DNA from: Macrostomum hystrix
Lineage: Eukaryota > Animalia > Platyhelminthes
NCBI GenBank assembly: GCA_950097015.1
Contig: CATNEN010000007.1
Span: 10,478,001 to 10,542,000, forward strand
Direction: 5' to 3'
Length of the DNA: 64,000 nucleotides
Below are positions 1 through 12,407 of this stretch, piece by piece. The position numbers were made by a program, and so were the translations under genes. Position 1 is the first letter of the stretch, and every line of letters begins with the position of its first letter. The notes below the pieces were generated by a model. The model was not told the DNA's origin and did no database searches. It saw only the letters and a list, made by a program, of their open reading frames with translations.

Positions 1-953
1 CGGTTGTCGTGGCCCAGCATGATGCCGACCCGCTCCTCCAGCAGGGTGTCCCAAACGTGGCAGTTGTAGTCGTCGTAGCCGGCAATGAGGAGGCGGCCGC
101 TGCGGGACACGGCTAGGCAGGTGCTGCCGCACTGAATAAATTCGTCGCTGAAGTTGGCGAGCATCTGGTCGGCGCGGATGTCCCACATTCGGCAGCTGCC
201 GTCGTCAGAGGAGGTGGCAAAGGCGTAATCGCACTGCGGAAAGTAGTCAACACCGTTGACGTCCATCTCGTGGCCTTCGTAAGTGGCTCGGCAGTGGCGC
301 TCGCGCAAGTCCCACAGCTTGGCAGTGTGGTCACTAGAGGCGCTGACAAAGTGCCGGTGATTTTCGGCTAATGCAAGTGCATTCACGTCGTTCTCATGAC
401 CTTCGAAGCGGTGAACAATCTTGCCAGTTTCCAAATCCCAGAAGGCGCAGGACTTGTCGCCTGATGAGGTGACGCAATGCTTGGAGTCGGTGAAACGGAT
501 GCAGGCCAGGTAGCCCTCGTGACCAGTGAGTTCCACAGGCTCTGCCTCCGTGTCGTCAAGGTTGTGTATGGACAGCAGGTTGTCAAGTCCACCGCTGGCC
601 ACCCGAGTGTTGTCCGGGTTGAACCGGCAGGACATGACCCAGGCGGTCTTCAGGAAGATGGCGTTCAGCTTGGCGCACGAGAACGCATCCCACAGGAAGA
701 TTTTGCCGTCCTGGCCGGCCGTGATGAGGTTGGTCGACTCGCTGCCCCACTGCAGGTCGGTCAGCTTGGCGAGGTGGCCATGCAGCTCCTTGCGTACCTT
801 GAACTTGAGTCGACCCAGCGGCTGCTGATTCTCAGTGGCCGTCACGTAGTCGGCGTCAGCCACCTCTTTTCGCGCCACTTTGATCTTCGCCTTCATTTCT
901 TTGATCTCCTCCATCAGCTTCTGCTCCTCCTCGCACGGCTGATCGTCGTCCAT
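1..953 (-). CDS. Heterotrimeric G-protein beta subunit (WD40), divergent, intronless in the window, 3' end beyond the window
   Basis: Manual translation from ATG 953: MDDDQPCEEEQKLMEEIKEMKAKIKVARKEVAD...KVRKELHGHLAKLTDLQW...AGQDGKIFLWD...AWVMSC...ASGGLDN...LTGHEGYL...TSSGDKSCAFWD...FATSSDDGSCRMWDIRADQ...SRSGRLLIAGYDDYNCHVWDTL...LGHDNR. These are G-beta hallmark motifs. Absent from the ORF track because there is no stop in the window. Confidence 0.93.
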   Translation of the reverse strand, partial: MDDDQPCEEEQKLMEEIKEMKAKIKVARKEVADADYVTATENQQPLGRLKFKVRKELHGHLAKLTDLQWGSESTNLITAGQDGKIFLWDAFSCAKLNAIFLKTAWVMSCRFNPDNTRVASGGLDNLLSIHNLDDTEAEPVELTGHEGYLACIRFTDSKHCVTSSGDKSCAFWDLETGKIVHRFEGHENDVNALALAENHRHFVSASSDHTAKLWDLRERHCRATYEGHEMDVNGVDYFPQCDYAFATSSDDGSCRMWDIRADQMLANFSDEFIQCGSTCLAVSRSGRLLIAGYDDYNCHVWDTLLEERVGIMLGHDN

Positions 954-3900
954 GCCTGCGCCTTGGCTTCTATTTTGCTGCCTGATCTGCTTCTTCTTCT
1001 TTGTTCTGCGATTGCTGGAACTTGGCTGCCTTGTCCCAAAGGCCGGGCTCCAGTTGATACGGGCTTTAGCAGTAGTTAAGCAGGCAGCGGAAAGTATCGC
1101 AGTGTCAGATTCTTCCCTCCCTGCCTTGCTTTCTTGAACTCTCCAGTCCCTCCCGGTCTCTTGTGTGTATGTGAGCTGTTTCCCCACTCGCCTTGAGAAG
1201 TCGGCTAACGCTAGGGGAAGAGAGAGAGGGAAGTCTGGGCCGATACAAAACAGTCCCAGCGAACACACACTAGACCTGAGCCCCTCTTCCCCATTTCCTT
1301 TCCACTGTCTGTCTGCCCCCGCCGCGTGCGTCCCCCCAGCCCAGCCACAATATCGCGCTGAGGTGGGCGGCGCGGAGTGCAGTCTGGCCGCCGGGGTTTG
1401 AACAGGGAGGGCGTGGGCTGGCGTGGGGCGGCAAGGCGGGCTAGGGGAGGGTTGAGGGGGGTTGCGGATGGCCTGACCAAAAGTTATCGATCGTATTCTG
1501 CAGACAGAAATGCGGGGGGGTCGCTTGGAGGGGTTGAAGGTCTGGAACGGTTAGGCCTAAATGCCCATTCCCCACGGATCAATAACTTTGCGCTCGTTAG
1601 AGCCTTTCTCCTTTTACAGCGCCGGTGCGTACACTGGGGTGGCGCCGCCTTGCGCACAGCAGAAAGCTAAACTAAGGCCCGCATTTTTTCTAATTAAGTC
1701 GTCGCCTAATACCCCACAATCTCTCTTCAGCATCCCCATCAATCTCTGCACTGTCAGATTCCCCTCCCACTCGCCTGGATCCTGCAGCCAGCCAGCCAAC
1801 CGGGGCCGCTGTGGCCAGTCGCACAGCCTGTGCATAGCTCGCGCACCAATAAATGGCTGAATATTAGTTAGAGTTATAGCCTATAGGGGAGTTTATTGGG
1901 GCGGTGGAGTGGGGGTTGCTGAACTCTCCGGCCATTCCGCCCCTCCAAGTCGTGCTGATTCCTCTAGAATTCGTGCGCGCATTAGGCTAGCGTCCTTTTC
2001 CCGCCTGTCCCACCCACCCCACTATCCGTTCCGTCGCCTCGGTCAGTCCACTCGTGCCGTGTCCCCCCGCGCTTCTAAGCTGAAACTTGGGGACTTGAGG
2101 CGTGCCGCACTGGTATGGACTTAGCGGGGGAGTCGAGACGGGCCATGCCAAAACTGCCAACTGACCGGCCATTTCTCTTCCTTAGCGCTCCCAACCTGCT
2201 GTTGCTGCTTCCTGAATCCTGATGGCTCTTAGCCGCGATACCCAGTCCCAAGGCGCAAAATGGTCGTCGTATTTGGGGTCCATTTATTGCTGCAGTCTGC
2301 CCCGCCACCTGTGCACTGCCCTAGTTGGGGGAGGGCAGCCGGTCGGTCAACTTCCGGCTGCAGGTGAACAGTCGAACTCGCGGCTCCAGTGGGCGAGGAA
2401 GGCATGCAGCGTGTCCACCGGGTTGCCTGTACGCAGGCTGCATATGTAGATCTTCTGTTCTTACTTACAATGTGCACCTGGACCATGGTTATGCGCATGG
2501 ACGCTTCCGAATAGTAGGTGACAAATGCAGAGCTGCACCGCGCTCCGTGCCAAGTGGCTTTGGAGTTCTGACTCGTAATCTACTACTAACAACTACTACT
2601 ACCCACATTGGCCGACCCATTCAATTTGGTCAGTGGTAAAACTGTAAAAACGTGAATGTTTACGTGGTTAAATGGTGGGGTTGATTCGAAGGGGTAATCG
2701 GCTACTCTGGTATTACGAGCGTATACCTCACGTGCCTTGACAAAGACTGAGGGCAAAGGCGGTCAGCCTGCAATCATATTTTGTGCCGAATGGGTTTGCA
2801 CGCTGCTGACCTGCTGAATTCGCTTATCTTTGACGGCTGATTTACAGCTCGAATCCGCTTGCCTGCCTCGGGGAAGTGCACTCGAACAGTTGACTTGGCT
2901 TCCCGACTCGGCCTGCGTTCAGCAAAGCAAATAAGCAAGCCTAGGCCTGCCTACTCAAAGGGCTCAAATATTTACCATGTGTTGTTAAACTGAGTGGGTG
3001 GAATCATCGGACAATATGGATATTGGACAACAGGAGAGCCTCGTAGACTGGATTTAAAGAGCATTTCGACATATTTCTCAGTTAAAAAAGTCCAAAACCA
3101 ACAGCAAAGCTTTTCGATTATTAAGAAACAGAAAAGCTGCGTCTCTTAGGCCGTTCGTGGCTTGGCAAGTTATAATCAGCGACCCCCCCGGAGCGACAGG
3201 TGTTGGCGGGTGTTAAACAAAACATCTCACGATCTCAGACTCAAGCCAGAGTCCCGCTGTACAGGCGAGGCGACTAATAGTAGGCCGCGCCTGAGCAAAC
3301 ACGAAGCCCCGATGGCTACAAGGCGAGCACTCACAATGCCCCCAGGCGCTTGGGCTGCTAATCCCATCCGTCAGGGATGTGCGAAGAAAGTGTGGTTAAC
3401 TCACTCTTATTTTATTCGCACTACGGCTGGGATTCCCGTGCTCGGCATGCCGGCACGGCTTCGGTCTCTCATCAATCGCCTCCGGGCGCTAACTGCAAGC
3501 TCCATTCGCCCGAATTGATGGCTGCCCCGACACATTCGCTTAGTCCCGTTGGCAGGGCGCTCTATTCCTCTGACAATTGCTACCTTGGACCAGCATTAAT
3601 TAGCGATGCCTTTGGCCGCTCGCTTCATATAAGATAAATTGGGATTTAATCCCCTCCGTTGGGATTGTGTCGTGCAGTCTATGGAAGAATACGTTTAAGT
3701 TGTACCTCCAGGTCTTCTTGAGGTGTTCTGCTGTGCGATTATTATCGTAGTCACTCTATGCCAGTGAAAAAGAGGGAAGCACGAACTCATGAAAAAGGAA
3801 CTATTTTTTCCTGTGATTTCACTTTACTGCATCCATGCAGTGACAATCTCTCGATTCAGTTGATCGGCGCCCGTGACAACAAACTCAAACAATATACAAG

Positions 3901-5233
3901 GAAGGACTGTTTCACTTAACTTAATCACTATGTGCTACTCAACAAGTAATATGCGTCGCGTCACGATCATTACTTAAGATGATGTTAATTTAACAAAGCT
4001 TACTTCCTTGCTCCAACGGACCTTACGCTCGGTCAGCAGTTCGTCTAGCTCGGCGGTCTGGTACCTGACGTCTGCGAAGATCTGTGGCGTAGCAACATTG
4101 GCGTAACAATGTAGTAATGTTGAAGTTGTAACGATCTGATTTCAGCGGCTTGCCTAATACATAAAGTGGACATCCATCACTGATAACAGACTGAAAACTT
4201 AAAACAGGGTCTATCATCAGATATCATGAAGTTGACGGGCCATCAAAAAATAAAGGAACTGCACTTAGCGAGTGTATTTCAGACTGTAACACGGGGCGGC
4301 ATTCTAGGAAAGTCGCAGTTTTACAGCAAGGAAAATTTTCAAAAATATTAGAATTGGCAAATTTTCTGTCAATAAAAATATCACAAACCTTTAGGAAAAT
4401 ATATTCTTATTTTTTAGCAATGTTCTTTCAGCAAAAGAGCGTGGCTTTGCCCATGTTATTGCATTTTATGAACAGGTGCGAGACAGAAAATACTCCAACA
4501 GACTGGAGGAGGGGCTGAGGGCGCTCAGAACGCTCCAGAAGGCAGAGAGCGGGATCGTGTACAGATTGGTCACAGAAGTGCAGCAGGGGAGCGAGAAATC
4601 TTTCGGGACCAAAGCAGCATTTGTGCGGCCAAAGAGGAGTGAATTTTCTGCACAAGGCATTGTTTGTGCTTCACACGTTTATACAACTAAACAATTAGAG
4701 GAATCTGAATGAGCCACTCAGACTTGCACTTCACAAAAATGAGAAGTGACTCAACAGTTTTTACACATGCCACATGAAAAAGATGCTGTTCTGTGATGAA
4801 TTCGAGTTCAGATAAACTGCGCCATCCAGAAGCATCAATAAGCTGCACAATTCCCTAGTTGGAACTGAAGGATTGTCAATAAAAACTTATTAAGTTCCAT
4901 ATTGGGACAAAACCACAGCAAATTTGCTAAGGCAGCAAGAAAATATTTGGGAAAATTATTGCGGGATGACGCGTAAAGAGAAAATCAATCATAACCGATG
5001 ATGATAGTCAATAAATTTGGGCGGGCTGGAATGACGCAGCAGAGTACGCTCGTTCGTACACGAATGTACATTGCGGGTTTTGGGGTACACACTGGCCAAT
5101 CAGAGCCGAGTCACAAACAACACGCAAAGGTGGAGTTCTAAGCCGTGAACGGCGCTACTGATTCTTTGAATTCTTTCAGAACCAACGCCAAGCAGAGCTC
5201 ATTGTTTCCGACTGCAGGTAGACTATTTCAATG

Positions 5234-8200
5234 TCAGAGAATGGCGCAAACCTCGCTCTCCTCCACCTTGTTGTTCTTGTTCTTCTTCTTGCCGTTGCCC
5301 TTGGACTTGCCGTGCCCGTGGCCGTGCTTCTTCTTCTTCTTCTTAGGCTTCTTGACCGGCTCCTCGGGCGTGGCGCCGGAGTTCTGCGTGTCCACCGAGA
5401 CTATGGTCTCGCCCTCGTCGGAGAACTCGTCCGGCCTTGGCGGCATCTGTCGCGTCTCGCCGGCTGAACTTGGAGCCGCCGCTGCGGCAGCGGCTGTTGC
5501 GGCGGCACCCGCGGCTTCGCTGCGTCGGCTGTTGCGATGCCGCTCGATGTCGTCGGCCAGCTGGTCCATGCCGGCGCTGCGAGCATACTCGTCCGCCTGG
5601 AGGCTCTGCCCACCGGAGTGAACCTGCGGGTTGGGATGAAGGGTCGTATCGGACCAATGCGTGAAGGAAATGTCAGAACAGAAAGGAACCAAATTCTGCA
5701 GGGATCGTCAGGCAAAGGATCCGAACAGTCTGATATCAGAAATCAACACTGATATCCCTGCAGAATTTGCAAGCGCTTGACCGAAGGCTCACTTCCGAAG
5801 GCACTGGCAGGCCGGCCTTGAGCAGCCGGCGACCGAAATCCTCTCGCTCCTTCTCGATGCACAGCGTGATGAGGTTCTTGAACCGGTGCGGCTGGTTTGG
5901 GAAGATTTTGTTCAGCTTAGCCAACGTCTCGAAGCTCAGATCGGACCAGAAGCCATCGATGAGCTGGTTGAACAGGTCTTCGTTGTTCTTGACGACGGCG
6001 TCGTACAGGTTCAGGTAGACAGCCAGCAGGTAGTGAGAGTGGCCGCTGGTGTCCTTGCGCTCCGTTCTGATGGCCTGCCGATAGTGGGACTTCACCATGT
6101 CCGCGTTGCTTAGCAACGGGTAGCCGCCCGACTTGCGCATGTCTGCGTTGGCACTTGCGGACTGTGGACAGGCGCAGAATATGGCGGGTGAATGAGCGAT
6201 TCTTGTGCGAGATGGTTTTGACTTCGATGGACAGTGGTGGGAGATGGTATGCACATGAGGGACAGTGGTGGGAGATGGTATGCACATGAGGGACAGTGGT
6301 GGGAGATGGTATGCACATGAGGGACAGTGGTGGGAGATGGTATGCACATGAGGGACAGTGGTGGGAGATGGTATGCACATGAGGGACAGTGGTGGGAGAT
6401 GGTATGCACATGAGGGACAGTGGTGGGAGATGGTATGCACATGAGGGACAGTGGTGGGAGATGGTATGCACATGAGGGACAGTGGTGGGAGATGGTATGC
6501 ACATGAGGGACAGTGGTGGGAGATGCTATGCACATGAGGGACAGTGGTGGGAGATGGTATGCACATGAGGGACAGTGGTGGGAGATGGTATGCACATGAG
6601 GGACAGTGGTGGGAGATGCTATGCACATGAGGGACAGTGGTGGGAGATGGTATTCGGTTGTTCAGAGGTCGCGGTGCAGCAGATTTTCCTATTTCGGCTC
6701 GAAATCAAGTGTGTTTGAAGTTCACAAAGCTTCAGAAGGAACTGGCGGCTCACATTGTCTGGCAGCTCGGTGTTGGCGCCGGCGCGCACCAGGTTGTTGT
6801 ACATAAACTCCTCGTCGATGCCCTGGGCGTAGTGCAGGGCTGTGCGTGTGTTCTACAATGTTCAAGTTTGCGGGTGTTAGGACATCGTAAGTGCCAAATC
6901 AGACGGAGGTATGACGAGACGATTGCCGATCACCAGGACTCACATAGTCGCGCAAGTCGACTTTGTCAGGGTGCTTGTCGAGGATGTGCTTCAGAATGAA
7001 GCGGCGCTCGTAGATCACCGCCCAGTGGATGAGGCTCTGGCCCTTCTTGTCCGAGACTTCGCAGACGTCCTGCGTGGTGGCGTCCCTGAAGCCGGCGGTG
7101 TTGCCTAGAACAGTCAGCTGGCGGAGGTTCCGGTACTGGGCCTGCGGGAAATTAATTAAAAAAGGCCACGTTGAAAAGGGTCCAGACAGGTCCGAGGACC
7201 ATTGCCATTGGAAACCAGTTGAGTCGATTTGAAAATAGGCAGACGCTGAAGCCAAGGACTTTTTTCTTTTCCTTCGCTCCGTCAGCCAAGGCAGCTTGAA
7301 TTAACAAAGCATTGAATAAGCCATGCGCAGGGGCTGAGTGGGTGAGTCCTTTGTCCCGAGCACACTTTGTTAACTGGAGCTGGGAAAAAAAGAGAATTTT
7401 CGAGAGCAAAAACCCAGAATGAAGCAGCTGCTTTTCAGGTTCCCGGCGATACTCCAGTTCAATGGGAATTTCTTCCCCATCGTAGAGCAGTTTGACGAAT
7501 ATGGCGGTACCGCTGACAGCTGGGGTGGAGCAGAGAGACGAGGAGTTCATTGTGCCTGCCTGAGGCTCAATGCGTGTATGAGACCGCACAAGAGCTCCAC
7601 GGAAACGCACCCAGGTCTTCTCGATGCGGCCCAGCCGCTCCACGAACTGCTTGTCCGCCTTGGCCTTGCTGAGCCGCAGCTTGGCCACGCTGCGCCAGCC
7701 CAAGCAGGGCCAGAAGCCGGAGCCGAGGCAGACGGCACGGAGCTCGTCCTCGGACATGGCTCGCAGCACTGGAAGCAGGGCGGCGTCCAGCTCATCCAGT
7801 GAGTCGAGAATGGCCGCAACATCGAATTGGTCGCGCCGCCTGAGCTCGGCGAGTGTGGCCTGGTCCGCCAGGTTGCGCAGGCGGCTGTCGGCCTGCCAGA
7901 AGCGGTAGCCCATCTTGACCAGGTGGTCGAAGATCTCCCGCTCGTGGGAGAAGAAGGCCAGCATGATTTCGTGGTCCAGGGTGGCCAGGGAGGTCTGGTA
8001 GTCCACACAGTTCTGCACCAGGGGCATCAGAATGTCCTTGTTGGGGTGGTCCGAGGCCTGCAGAAGATGAAGGCGCGGAACAGAATTTCATTACCATTTA
8101 GGGGCTCTCACCTGTAAGGAATATGCTATGAGACAACTCGGAGTGCATGCCTCTGACCCACTGGGCAAAGCTGGCTCGCTTACCCTGAATGCGATCCAGA

Positions 8201-9532
8201 AGGGCACCATCATGCCGCCACCTTCCTGGTCCTCCCGGAAGCGCACCGGAAAGTCCACATGCGGCTGCGTTCGCTCCAGCAGCAGCTGCGCCACCCCCCA
8301 GCTGTAGGGGCAGTCGATGAGCTGTCGCAGCACCGGCTGCCTCTCGGCGCTGCCATCCTCGGCAAGACGGCTTTCATCGATCAAGTCCAGCCTCAGGTCC
8401 GCGTTCTCTTCCAGGGCGGCCCGGAGAGCCGCGGCATCGCCCGCCAGGCAACGGTGGACCAGCGACACGGTGGGCCGCATCTCGATGAGGTAGTCGCGAA
8501 TCTCCGGATGCCGCTTGGCGATGTCCAGGTGATAATTGGTCACCTTCACCCAGTAGCTGAGCAGCTCGGCCACCTGCTGCATGTCGCCCTCTTTGATCGC
8601 CTCATCAAGCGGCGGCGTGAACATCTCGAGGGTCTTTAGCACGGCGCGGTTGCCTGTGCACATGCGGGCGGTGCGACCTTTGTCGTTGGCGAAGCCCGGG
8701 TCGACGCCGATCTTCAGGTGAGGAGGTTCAGGTTCAGGTTTATATTTACTGATCGACAGATCAGACCGCAAAAAGCATCTGCGAGACTCTGGGATCTAAT
8801 ATTATGATGGCTATTTCTCTGCTGGATCATGTGATCCGAGTAGTTAGCGCCTGGGTCATTGGGATCTGGGTAGGTAGACGCTGTTTCTATGGAGACAGAT
8901 GGATCCCCAACAAACTGCGAGAAACTGTGTCAATCAGAGTGTGGCTAAGAAAAATGAGAGGCCTCATCGAATCGAATTTTCTATCCTCAAATTGAAGAAA
9001 TATCCTCACGTACATGAATGCTGAAAAATCGACTCACCTTGAGCAGCGCGTTGATCATGGGCAGCGGGGCTGAGCAGGCCACGGCAAAATGCAGCGCGGT
9101 GTTCTTGGTGAGGTTGCGCATGTTGTAGTTGATGCCCGCCAGCGAATACGCGAACACGGTGGAGGCCAGGCGGCCGGTGTCCAGGGACTGCAGGTTCTTG
9201 GACACGGCCAGCCAGTGCAGCCAGCCGTTTCCGTTCTTGTCCTTGAAGTTGATCTCGGCCTCGGACAGCTCGGGTATCAGCTGATGCAGCCGGTCCAGCC
9301 CTTCGTCAGTCAGGCCTACCAGAATCTCCTTCATCTCCTCCATAGCGGTTGGCGGCGGCGGCGGCTCCTGTGGCAGCGGCTCGGCGGCCTCGTTGAACTC
9401 CTCCTCGAGCTCGGCCTCGGCCTCCGGGGGCTGCAGCTGCTCGGCGGTGCCCGGCCGCTTCTGCAGCTCCGAGGCGGAGCCGGCAGGGGAGGCGGCCGCC
9501 TCGTCCTGCTGCGGGTCGTCTTTGTGCGTCAT
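5234..9532 (-). CDS. Ankyrin-repeat protein (~841 aa) with C-terminal polybasic region and CaaX box; exons 9532-9038, 8711-8184, 8057-7611, 7141-6944, 6852-6754, 6161-5793, 5623-5234
   Basis: GT-AG boundaries join in frame (2526 nt). Ankyrin-like motifs: DKNGNGWLHWLA, NLTKNTALHFAV, NDKGRTA, DKKGQSLIHWAV, DYNTRTALHYA. Ends KKPKKKKKKHGHGHGKSKGNGKKKNKNNKVEESEVCAIL*. Confidence 0.8.
6229..6653. repeat. 31-bp minisatellite (~13.5 copies) in intron 5 of the ankyrin gene
   Basis: Unit GGGACAGTGGTGGGAGATGGTATGCACATGA. Confidence 0.97.
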
Positions 9533-9946
9533 ACCGCAATGCTCAGTGTGCACCAGTGACAAGTTCTCAAACGGTTCGCTCCGACTGCAGCTGTTTGGCA
9601 GTGGAAGCAGATTTCTATGAGGGATTTCTGGCTCCAGCCGGTTGTGCTATTGTTTTCCCGGCCTGTCCCAGCTGCCGGGTTTATGAGCCTCCCCCTCACC
9701 CCAACCCAATTGCACGCGTTATCGATTTTCCGCCGCTCCGTCTCTCCCGGTTGCAGCCTCTCAGTCTGCTGCAGGCCGCTGCTTCTGAGCGGTCTTGAGC
9801 AGCTGAAGAAACTTTTGCTTCTCTTTCTGCCCCGCAGGCGACTCCCCAGCCTCGCTGAGCATAGCAGTACTCTGGACCCAAGCAAACATGCGGAACCTCC
9901 ATGCCAAAGCCTGCGAGACACGCCACTGCGGCGAAACAATGCAAGC

Positions 9947-9960
9947 GTCGTCATGGCAAC
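9947..9960. promoter_or_regulatory. Candidate RFX X-box upstream of the ankyrin/CaaX gene
   Basis: GTCGTCATGGCAAC, ~415 bp upstream of the ATG, resembles the X-box GTTGCCATGGCAAC. A second, weaker match GTTTCTATGGAGAC lies at 8883-8896 in intron 1. Confidence 0.5.
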
Positions 9961-10644
9961 AGATGCAAGCCTCTGGCGCCCTCTCGTGCCCAGCCCTGCC
10001 CCTGTCCAACTCTGGGGCTATGCGGGCAAGACTTGGAAAGGGACTTGGCTCCCAGTTTCTGGGAAGGCTGTGGAAATATGCATGGGACAGAGCGGCCGCG
10101 TGCGCGCGAGTGACGTCAGATTCTGCAAATGCCAGCGGCTGCAACAGCTGGAAATGTAATTTTGCTTGCTGCAACCTGGCAAATTTTAATATGCCATAAT
10201 GACTGGAAACTGGGGCCCAAGCTAGTCACTCAAGTCAATGAAGAGTGCGCAGACCAGGCTTCATCACTTGTCTCTCCCGTGGAAACCGGAGACCTGAAAA
10301 TAAAAGTAAATTTTATATTGGCCTCTGCCCTCAATAGCTTAAATTGCACGACAAGCCTCCAAGCCCTCCCTCATAGACTGCGCCCCAAATCGATGCTGCC
10401 TCGTTGCGGATTCGAGCTCAGGGACCTTGCTGCGAGTTTCAGAGAGCTAAAAACAGTAGAAAGAGCGCGGCAATTCGTTTACCTACACTTTTTCTGCATC
10501 TTCTAAAATATTCAACCAATGGTTGAATATTTTATATCAATGGTCATGAAAATTCAGAAATGGGGTAAAAAATTCCACTTTACCCGATGACAACTTCCAG
10601 AATCACAGAACATCGGCATCTTCGAGATATTCAATGATTCTCGT

Positions 10645-11103
10645 GTGTGTGTGTGTTAGCCTTGGCTCGGTGGGCCAGGGCCAGTACCTGCTCCTGGGAA
10701 AAGCTCGGCGAAGAAGCCCCAGACGGTCTTGGGCTGGGACCAGAGATCCCGCGGGACGAGCGAGGTGGGACGAGCCGGGCAGGCGAACAGATGCGTGACC
10801 GACTCTTCCTCGCCGTGGCAACGCGGGCAGGTGGCAGGCGACTCCTGGTCAAGGAGGTGCTTAAAACTGGCGAAGGCAGAAGGTGAAGGCAGAAACCCGA
10901 CCGTAGTTGGGCTAGCGTGGCCCGGGCGGAGCGCGGCAACTGCGTCTCGGAGGCGTCGATCACAGGCGGCGGCGCGCCGAGGACCCGATTAGGTTGCCGG
11001 TCCAGCAGGCGTTTCTGCACGCAAGCGGTGTGGAGGGCGATGGAAAGCTGGCGGGTGGTGAGCGGGACCGGGGGAAGGACGGAGAAGCGGCTGATGCACG
11101 TTG
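10645..11103 (-). mobile_element. 5'-truncated non-LTR retrotransposon (LINE) 3' end with (AC)n tail
   Basis: Encodes LPRSARATLAQLRSGFC and, after a frameshift, SPATCPRCHGEEESVTHLFACP (C-terminal CCHC), then a stop and an (AC)n tail. Direct repeat ATGATTCTCGT at 10634-10644 and 11104-11114 is the TSD. Confidence 0.85.
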
Positions 11104-12407
11104 ATGATTCTCGTTGGCGTGTCTGGTGGCAAAAACTACCAATATAGGAATAGTTTTTCTGCTCACAAAATATCATCATGTACGAGCCATGTCGGCTATC
11201 ATTGTTGACTATTTTTCATTTATTATATTGTTAATTAGTACATTATTAAAGCATTATGGATTTGCCATAAAGGTTTAAACAGAGCAATGTTAGTTGCCAT
11301 TGTCACAAGGGCTTTCGACAAGAATCACTGAATATCTCTACGCTGACTCGGACGGCTTTGAAAGTAGTTAATCGTAAAGGTAGGAAAATTTTGATCGCTA
11401 TGTGGACTTTAACGAAAATCGGCATTCGGTTTGGGAGCCATCGAGAAGTAGGCAGCGGCTATTTGAAATAGCCCGTGGTCTTTGTACTGTTAATAAACTT
11501 GCAGTACCTCAGCAGCTGTGTACACTCTGGGCACAAAGGCCTGATGAATGGCTTGTGTTGTGTGGATCTATTGCGGCCTTAGTATCCCAACCTATTAGTA
11601 AATTATCTGAAACGTGAAGGAAACTCGGAAGACGAAATGCTGGCTCAGTAAATTCCAGCTTTGCCAAAGCAGAGGTTCAATCGAGAAACACCCAGTCCTG
11701 GATGCAACGCTCCGAGCCATTGCGCGGGCCTCACTTTATTAACAAAATCGCAGATGAAAAAAATCGAGACAAATTCAACCGAGGCTCAACTCAAAATCAT
11801 CCGACTGGAGCGAAAAGCAAAAGCCAGAGAAAACTGACAGGTAGACAAAGGTAGAAAAATTGTTTGCCGGTCAACGCCAAATAAAAACACTGAGGGCACA
11901 ATAAATACGCGCGATAGTTTTCTGCAGTCTAACAAAAAATAGGAAAAATAAACCATCTACCTACTCAGTAGTAAAAGTAGAGTAAAAATGAGAAAATAAC
12001 ATTTGTGTGTGGAGAGAAATAAATGTCAAGTGCCGCGCACAGGAGGTTCCGAAGAATATCATTTTTTACAGAAAATGTACAAAACTGCAAATAATGTCAT
12101 AAGCGAAACAGACTCGCTCGCTGTACAGAAGATGGCCGACTAACTTCTAGTAGTGAAGCGTAAAGCAAGAAACAGTAATTGATCTCAATTTCAGCGGCAG
12201 GCCAAACACCAAAGGATTATTAGGGAGCTGGTCTAAGTCCCACTGGTTAGTAAGGTCGATCGCCGCCTTTTCAGCTTATTTGCCTGCATGAAATATGCCA
12301 CAATGAATTTTATCATTGTGTAGGCAGACAGAGTGCTACAGGCAGGCTCCAGGCATTGTCAGACTGGTGGCCGACAGCTCAACAGTAACGAATTGGGCAA
12401 TGTGGGA

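Noticed and set aside
477-1079. 200-aa plus-strand ORF and similar antisense ORFs over GC-rich exons
   Set aside because: Shadow ORFs of real genes on the opposite strand.
5234-5330. G-gamma-like domain suggested by a CAIL ending near a G-beta gene
   Set aside because: No DPL or NPF G-gamma motifs; only the CaaX is shared.
10395-10450. tRNA-like B-box fragments (also near 31330 and 62180)
   Set aside because: No full cloverleaf could be folded; at most these are SINE relics.
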